Source: Gemmatimonadota bacterium
GTDB lineage: Bacteria > Gemmatimonadota > Gemmatimonadetes > JACCXV01 > JAHWKZ01
Length of the DNA: 64,000 nucleotides
Assembly (NCBI GenBank): GCA_035708865.1
Contig: DASTFF010000001.1
Span: 4,333 to 68,332, forward strand
Direction: 5' to 3'
Shown here: piece after piece, positions 58,796 through 64,000 of the stretch
Position numbering within the stretch: position 1 is the stretch's first letter
Layout: each line of letters begins with the position of its first letter
The notes under the pieces: model-generated
What the model saw: only the letters and a program-made list of their open reading frames with translations
Database searches by the model: none
What the model was told of the DNA's origin: nothing
Program-made: the position numbers and the translations under genes

Positions 58796-59991
58796 GCGCG
58801 CTTGCGCCCGGGTTCGAAGAACGGCGTCTCGACGACGGTCGCACGGGCCCTCTTCCGGCGATGCTCGATCGTCATCTCGAGCGCGACGTCCGTTCCAGGC
58901 TCGGCATGCGAGGCCGGGACGTGACTCAAGGCGATGTACTTCTTGAGGAGCGGCGACCAGCAGCCGCTGGTCGCGTACCCCACCTGCTCGCCCCCGTCGT
59001 AGACCGGCGTGCTCGTCCGCCAGGCGGTGGTCGGGAGCTGGGGCGGGAGCCCGACCTCGGAGAACAGCGCCTCCAGCGAGTCCCACTCCACGATCAGGCC
59101 GCGCAAGGCCCACGTCGAGCCGCGCTCGCGCTCCGCCTCGAGCGCCGCCTGGCCGACGAAGCGCGATTTCGCGCGGGCCACCGTCCACCCCAGGCCGAGC
59201 TCGAAGGGGGACGACTTCTGGGTTTCGATGAGGGCCCGCCGCGCCGAGACATAGTCGACGTCGATCAGCAGCAGCCCGGCCTCGATCCGCGCGACGTCCA
59301 TCGCCAGAAGGCCGGTCGGCAGCAGGCCCGCGGGCGCGCCGGCCGCGACGAGGAGGTCCCACAGCGCCTCGGCCCGTCCATTGGCGACCCAGATCTCGTA
59401 CCCCAGGTCACCGGTGTAGCCGGTGCGCGTCACGGTGACCGGGATCCCTCCCAGACACGCCTCCGCGGCGCGGAAGAAGCGCAGCCCCGTCAGGTCGGTG
59501 TCGGCGACACCCGTCAGGATCTCGCGGGCCGCCGGCCCCTGGAGGGACAGGGCGGCCGTCGCGGCGGTCTCGTCCTCGATCGCGACGTTCATCCCGACCG
59601 CGTTCTGGTGGAGCCAGCGCAGGTTGGGGTGGGCGGACGTCATGCGGAACCGGTCCTCCTCGAGCCGCGCCACCGTTCCGTCGTCGATCACCTTCCCCTC
59701 GGGGTCGCACCACGGCGTGTACAGGACCTGCCCCACCGCGCAGCGGGCCACGTCCCGGGTCACGATCCGGTCCAGGAGCGCGGCCGCGTCCGGCCCCCGG
59801 ATCCGGTACTTGAACAGCGGGGTCACGTCGATCAGCGCGGCGGTGCCACGGATGGCCGCATACTCCAGATCGTGGACCAGGTCGTATGAGGACGCCACCA
59901 CGTAGCCGGCCCAGCGGCGCCAGGCATGGCCGCGCACGAGCGCCGCAGTGCGGGAATGGAAGGGAGTGGTCCTCAGCCCGTGGATGGTCAT
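58792..59991 (-). CDS. GcvT-family aminomethyltransferase (folate-binding; glycine-cleavage T-protein-like)
   Basis: ALIDVTPLFKYRIRGPDA (compare DVSHMGK..GPDA), RTGYTGDLGYEIW and a C-terminal barrel. No gcvH or gcvP nearby. Confidence 0.8.
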   Translation of the reverse strand: MTIHGLRTTPFHSRTAALVRGHAWRRWAGYVVASSYDLVHDLEYAAIRGTAALIDVTPLFKYRIRGPDAAALLDRIVTRDVARCAVGQVLYTPWCDPEGKVIDDGTVARLEEDRFRMTSAHPNLRWLHQNAVGMNVAIEDETAATAALSLQGPAAREILTGVADTDLTGLRFFRAAEACLGGIPVTVTRTGYTGDLGYEIWVANGRAEALWDLLVAAGAPAGLLPTGLLAMDVARIEAGLLLIDVDYVSARRALIETQKSSPFELGLGWTVARAKSRFVGQAALEAERERGSTWALRGLIVEWDSLEALFSEVGLPPQLPTTAWRTSTPVYDGGEQVGYATSGCWSPLLKKYIALSHVPASHAEPGTDVALEMTIEHRRKRARATVVETPFFEPGRKRA

Positions 59992-60015
59992 CCTTCGCCC
60001 CGCCGTCCCGGCGGA

Positions 60016-61947
60016 TCACCCAGGCGGGGGCGGAGAGGCCTCCTGGACCAGCCGGTCCACGAGGTGGTCGAGGTCCATCGTCCCGAGCTCACCCTCAGCG
60101 TGGGAGCGGACGCTCACCTTCCCGGTTCCCACCTCGCGCTCCCCCACGACGAGCATGTACGGGATCTTGTGAACCTCGGCATCGCGGATCTTGTAGCCGA
60201 CCCCCTCCCGCCGCGCGTCCACGTGCGGCCGCAGGCCCTTCCGGCGGAGGTGCTCGGCGACGGTCTCGGCATACTCGATGAACACGTCGCTCACCGGGAC
60301 GATCCGCACCTGCTCGGGCGCGAGCCAGGTCGGAAAGGCGCCGCCGTAGTGCTCGATCAGGATCCCCATGAAGCGCTCGATCGAGCCCAGGATGGCACGA
60401 TGGATGACGACCGGCCGCGCCTCGTCCCCCTCGGTGGCGGTGTAGACCAGATCGAACCGCTCTGGCAGGTTGAAGTCGCACTGGATTGTCGAGAGCTGCC
60501 ACCTCCGCCGCAGGACGTCGGTCACCTGGAAGTCGATCTTGGGGCCGTAGAAGGCGCCTTCGCCGGTCGCCTGGCGGTACTCGAGCCCGTTGGCCTCGAG
60601 CGCCTTCCTGAGCGCCGCCTCCGCCTTGTCCCACACCTCCTCCGACCCAAGCCGGCTCTCCGGCCTGAGCGAAAGATCGATGGCGATCTCGAACCCGAAC
60701 ACGTCCTCCATGACGTACCGTACCAGGCCGATGAGAGACGTCACCTCGTCCTGGATCTGGTCCGGCGTGCAGTAGATGTGGGCGTCGTCCTGCACGAAGG
60801 TCCGGACCCTGAAAAGACCGGTTACGACGCCCGATTTCTCGAACCGGTGGAGGCGCCCGAAGTCGGCGTAACGGAGCGGCAGGTCACGGTAGGATCGCTT
60901 CTGGGACGCGTACACGTAGACCGACGCAGGGCAGTTCATGGGCTTGACGGTCATCTCCCTCTCGTCGGCGGCCGTGAAGAACATGTTCTCCTTGTAGTGC
61001 TCGTAATGTCCGGAGCGGTGCCACAGCTCGACATCGAAGATCTGCGGGGTCACGATCTCGTCGTGCGGCCACCCATCCTCGTGAAGGTCGCGCATGAACC
61101 GCTGCAGGCGGTTGTAGATCCACGCCCCCTTGGGGTGGAAGTACGGGCTGGCGGGCGCATTGGGATGGAACGAGAACAGGTCCAGCTCCCTCCCCAGCTT
61201 CCGGTGGTCGCGCTTGCGCGCCTCCTCGATCCGCGCGAGGTGCTCCGCGAGCTCCTTCCGGGAGAAGAACGCGGTCCCGTAGATCCGCGTCAGCATCTTG
61301 TTGTGCTCGTCGCCCCGCCAGTAGGCGCCGGCGGTCGAGAGCAGCTTGAAGGTTCCGAGACGGCCGGTCGAGGGGACGTGCGGCCCGCGGCAGAGGTCGA
61401 GCCACTCCCCCTGCCGGTACAGGGTCAGCGTCTCGCCTTGGGGGATCGCCTCCACGATCTCGACCTTGTAGGACTCGTCCAGCTTCCGGAAGAGCTCCAC
61501 GGCGGCGTCCCGGGAGACTTCCTCGCGCTCGATCGGCAGGTCCTCGGCGACGATCTTCTGCATCTCGGCCTCGATGGCCTCGAAGTCGTCCGGCGTGAAC
61601 GGGCTCTGCCGGTCGAAGTCGTAGAAGAAGCCGTCCTCGATAACCGGGCCGATCGTGACCTTGGTCACGGGCCACAGCCGCTGGACGGCCTGCGCCATGA
61701 GATGGGCGGTCGAATGCCGGTACACTTCGAGCGCGAGCGCGTCACGCTCGGTCAGGATGCGGAGCGTGGCGTCGCCCTCCAGCGGCCGGCTCAGGTCCCA
61801 GGGGCGGCCGTCCACCTCGGCCACCAGCGCCGCCCGGGCGAGCCCGGCACCGATCCGGCCGGCCACATCGGCCGGCGTCGACCCGACCGGCATCTCGAGC
61901 ACCGAGGCGTCGGGGAGGGTCACGCGGATGATTTGTGAAGCGGACAT
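60016..61947 (-). CDS. thrS: Threonine--tRNA ligase
   Basis: TGS domain, second additional domain (HSTAHLMAQA), class II core and anticodon-binding domain. ATG at 61945-61947. Confidence 0.9.
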   Translation of the reverse strand: MSASQIIRVTLPDASVLEMPVGSTPADVAGRIGAGLARAALVAEVDGRPWDLSRPLEGDATLRILTERDALALEVYRHSTAHLMAQAVQRLWPVTKVTIGPVIEDGFFYDFDRQSPFTPDDFEAIEAEMQKIVAEDLPIEREEVSRDAAVELFRKLDESYKVEIVEAIPQGETLTLYRQGEWLDLCRGPHVPSTGRLGTFKLLSTAGAYWRGDEHNKMLTRIYGTAFFSRKELAEHLARIEEARKRDHRKLGRELDLFSFHPNAPASPYFHPKGAWIYNRLQRFMRDLHEDGWPHDEIVTPQIFDVELWHRSGHYEHYKENMFFTAADEREMTVKPMNCPASVYVYASQKRSYRDLPLRYADFGRLHRFEKSGVVTGLFRVRTFVQDDAHIYCTPDQIQDEVTSLIGLVRYVMEDVFGFEIAIDLSLRPESRLGSEEVWDKAEAALRKALEANGLEYRQATGEGAFYGPKIDFQVTDVLRRRWQLSTIQCDFNLPERFDLVYTATEGDEARPVVIHRAILGSIERFMGILIEHYGGAFPTWLAPEQVRIVPVSDVFIEYAETVAEHLRRKGLRPHVDARREGVGYKIRDAEVHKIPYMLVVGEREVGTGKVSVRSHAEGELGTMDLDHLVDRLVQEASPPPPG

Positions 61948-62000
61948 GGGCGAGGGCAAGCTATCCGGGCCGTCCGGGCGCGGCAAAAGAATCGCCGCCG

Positions 62001-62387
62001 CTACAGGGCGCCGTACCGCCGCAGCGTCTTCTCGGTAACGACATAGACGAAGGCCGGCTCCGGAGCGCCCCCGGAGCCGGCCTCGCCGGCGACCGCGCGG
62101 GCCTTGATCCGCACGTAGAGCCCTTCGTGGACCCCCTCGTAAGCGTCCAGCCGCGCATAGTCCTCGCCGGTCAACCGGCGGTAGAGATTCCCTTCCACGA
62201 CGTCCCCGGGGGCGCCGAAGACGGTCGGAAAGGCGAGGCCTTCCAGTCGCAGGAGCTCGAAGTCGAGGAGCCGGGCGGCCTCAGCCTCGACAGGCTTCTC
62301 CAGGAGCCGGGCCGCGAACTCGGTGTCCAGGAGGGTCCCGTAGACGAACAGAGGCAGGGCGGGCGGGGGACCGAGCGTCTTCGTCAG
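62001..62387 (-). CDS. Gamma-glutamylcyclotransferase-like (AIG2/GGCT fold) protein; start codon unresolved
   Basis: PLFVYGTLLD..E..YARLDAYEG GGCT-like motifs. No in-frame ATG/GTG/TTG exists downstream of the ATL stop. Only a CTG overlapping the ATL TGA (cTGA) is available, unless the gene overlaps ATL extensively. Confidence 0.4.
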   Translation of the reverse strand: MTKTLGPPPALPLFVYGTLLDTEFAARLLEKPVEAEAARLLDFELLRLEGLAFPTVFGAPGDVVEGNLYRRLTGEDYARLDAYEGVHEGLYVRIKARAVAGEAGSGGAPEPAFVYVVTEKTLRRYGAL

Positions 62388-62686
62388 CGGCTCCCGGGGC
62401 CGCGCCAGCCCCAGCGCCCGAGATCCACGGTCCCGTCCGGCCGGAACACCACTCCCTCCTCCTCCAGGAGCGCGCGCTGGAGCGCGGCCGGCACACCCAC
62501 CTTCCAGATCGAGATCCCGCCCCGGTGGTTGACGACCCGCTGCCAGGGGACGTCGGACTCGTCCGGCAGGGCGTGCAGGGCCCAGCCCACCGTGCGCGCA
62601 GCGCGTGGCTTGCCACACAGGGCGGCGACGTGGCCGTAGGTGGTCACCTTACCGGCCGGAATCCTGCGCACCATGGCGTGGACCAC
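62384..62686 (-). CDS. Alkyltransferase-like protein (MGMT DNA-binding domain, active-site Cys replaced by Trp)
   Basis: IPAGKVTTYGHVAALCGKPRAARTVG helix-turn-helix and PWQRVVN in place of PCHRVV. About 100 aa from a GTG at 62686 or an ATG at 62674. Confidence 0.65.
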   Translation of the reverse strand: MVHAMVRRIPAGKVTTYGHVAALCGKPRAARTVGWALHALPDESDVPWQRVVNHRGGISIWKVGVPAALQRALLEEEGVVFRPDGTVDLGRWGWRGPGSR

Positions 62687-62712
62687 CCCGAAGAAGCCCC
62701 CCGGCCGCCCGC

Positions 62713-63651
62713 TCACCACGGCAGCGCGCTCCTGGCGACGAACCACACGTTGGCCGGCCGCTCGGCCAGCCGGCGCATGTACCACGGGAACCACGCGTCT
62801 CCGTAGCTGATCAGGACCCGCGTCCGGCATCCGGCGGCGGCCAGCCGGCGCTGGTGCTCGGCCCGGATGCCGTACAGCATCTGGAACTCGAGGTCGCCGT
62901 CCTCGATCCCCTGCTCGAGGGCCTGCCGCCGGATCCACGCGACGAGCCCCAGGTCGTGGGTCGCGAACGCGGCGCGCACCCCCCCCTGGCGCTGGGCGTC
63001 CAGCAGGATTTCCGCCAGGAGCATGTAGCGCTCGTCCACGTCCCTTTTTCGCGGGTAGGCCACATCCCCCGGTTCGCTGTACGCCCCCTTCACGAGCCGG
63101 ATGCCCGGGGCCAGCGGGAGGAGCGCAGCCAGGTCTTCGGCCGTCCGGTAGAGGTAGGCCTGCAGGCAGACGCCCACGTTGGTGTGACGCGCGCGGAGCG
63201 CACGGTAGAGGCGCAGGGTGGGCTCCACGTACGGGCTCGCCTCCATGTCGATCCAGAGCCACCGGTCGAGGGCCCCGCTCCGGGTGGCCAGCCGTTCCAG
63301 ATGGCCGAGCGTCCGGTCCGCGTCCAGGTCCAGCCCGAGCTGGCTCGGCTTGACCGAGATCTCGGCGTCGAGCCCGCGGCGACCGATCTCGTCCAGCACG
63401 CCGGCGTAGTGGTCGGCGACGGCGCCGGCCTGGGCCGGCTCGGTGATGTTCTCGCCGAGCTGGGTCAGCACCGTGCTCAGCCCGTGCGGCTCCAGGTCGC
63501 GCGCCGCGTCCAGCGCGTCCTCGGCGCGCTCGCCGGGCATGAACCGGCGGACCGCGCGGCGGGCGAACGGCAGCCGCGGGAAGCTCTCCTTGAGCCGCGC
63601 GCTCTGCGAGGCGCGCAGGAGGAGCCGGCGTGTCAGGCTCATCCTCGACAC
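62713..63651 (-). CDS. Proline dehydrogenase (PutA PRODH-domain family)
   Basis: PRODH TIM-barrel motifs (VKPSQLG, WIDMEAS, LVKGAY). Confidence 0.8.
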   Translation of the reverse strand: MSRMSLTRRLLLRASQSARLKESFPRLPFARRAVRRFMPGERAEDALDAARDLEPHGLSTVLTQLGENITEPAQAGAVADHYAGVLDEIGRRGLDAEISVKPSQLGLDLDADRTLGHLERLATRSGALDRWLWIDMEASPYVEPTLRLYRALRARHTNVGVCLQAYLYRTAEDLAALLPLAPGIRLVKGAYSEPGDVAYPRKRDVDERYMLLAEILLDAQRQGGVRAAFATHDLGLVAWIRRQALEQGIEDGDLEFQMLYGIRAEHQRRLAAAGCRTRVLISYGDAWFPWYMRRLAERPANVWFVARSALPW

Positions 63652-63672
63652 ACGGCGGTCAGGTTCCGGTTC

Positions 63673-64000
63673 TCATTTGTGATAGGGCTCGCCACGGAGG
63701 ATCGTGAACGCCCGGTAGATCTGCTCGGCCAGGACGACCTGGGCCAGCTCGTGAGAGAGGGTCTGGCGGCCGAGCGACACCCGCCGGTCGGCCTGCGCCA
63801 CCGCGGCCGCCGACATCCCGCCCGCTCCGCCGACCAGGAACACGACCCGTCCCGCACCTTCCTGCTGCCAGGCCGAGAGCATGGCCGCCCACTCCTCGGA
63901 GGTCAGGCTGTCGCCGCCGGGCGCGAGCGCCACCCGTCGGGTGCCCGGCCGGTCGCCGGCCGCCGCCAGCAGCCGCTCGCTCTCCTCGTCCACCGCCCGG
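63673..64000 (-). CDS. rlmH: 23S rRNA (pseudouridine1915-N3)-methyltransferase RlmH, C-terminal part (5' end beyond window)
   Basis: SPOUT C-terminal motif FLVGGAGG..SLGRQTLSHELAQVVLAEQIYRAFTILRGEPYHK. The ORF is open to the window end. Confidence 0.7.
   Translation of the reverse strand, partial: RAVDEESERLLAAAGDRPGTRRVALAPGGDSLTSEEWAAMLSAWQQEGAGRVVFLVGGAGGMSAAAVAQADRRVSLGRQTLSHELAQVVLAEQIYRAFTILRGEPYHK

Noticed and set aside
55626-58844. 1072-aa minus ORF as one giant protein
   Set aside because: Only the C-terminal 524 codons (CrtI-like paralog B from the GTG at 57200) are real. The upstream part lies over paralog A in another frame.

Overview
This is a high-GC (~70%) bacterial chromosomal window, gene-dense and mostly transcribed on the minus strand. 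The only plus-strand features are a PPTase-Omp85-EIIA(Ntr)-zinc-ribbon block (5.8-8.7 kb), three tRNAs and the egtDB-enolase pair. Translational coupling through 4-nt GTGA/ATGA start/stop overlaps is very frequent, and many genes start with GTG or TTG.

Most of the window is housekeeping operons:
- 0-4.5 kb: dnaB(5' part)-udg-coaBC-rpoZ-gmk-yicC.
- 9.8-19.4 kb: selB-recO-mgtE, then phoH-pgpH-ybeY and aspS.
- 29.4-49.1 kb: one long co-directional array, infC-rpmI-rplT / pheS-pheT-zapB-like-zapA-(candidate 6S-like RNA)-ymdB-tdk-folD-xseA-xseB-ispA-recQ-dxs-nadK-recN-pgsA-lon.
- 60-64 kb: thrS, a GGCT-like protein, an alkyltransferase-like protein, proline dehydrogenase and rlmH (5' end beyond the window).

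Accessory-like content:
- A metal-homeostasis operon (ZIP importer, Tat two-domain multicopper oxidase, two CDF exporters) and a priming glycosyltransferase with a C-terminal extension, bracketed by tRNA-Gly/tRNA-Cys and tRNA-Leu.
- A cargo-less T9SS C-terminal-domain mini-protein plus a SPOR lipoprotein downstream of selB.
- Most notably, a locus at 49.9-60 kb: an OpuB/EgtUV-type quaternary-amine ABC transporter divergent from a fused EgtD-EgtB (fungal Egt1-like) ergothioneine synthase, translationally coupled to an enolase-superfamily enzyme, facing a convergent operon of a GcvT-family aminomethyltransferase and two tandem CrtI-family flavoproteins.

I found no CRISPR array, rRNA gene, transposase or integrase. 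The T9SS-type sorting domain plus the GC content suggest an FCB-group lineage, possibly Gemmatimonadota-like; this is inference only. Coordinates of inferred starts may be off by a few nucleotides.
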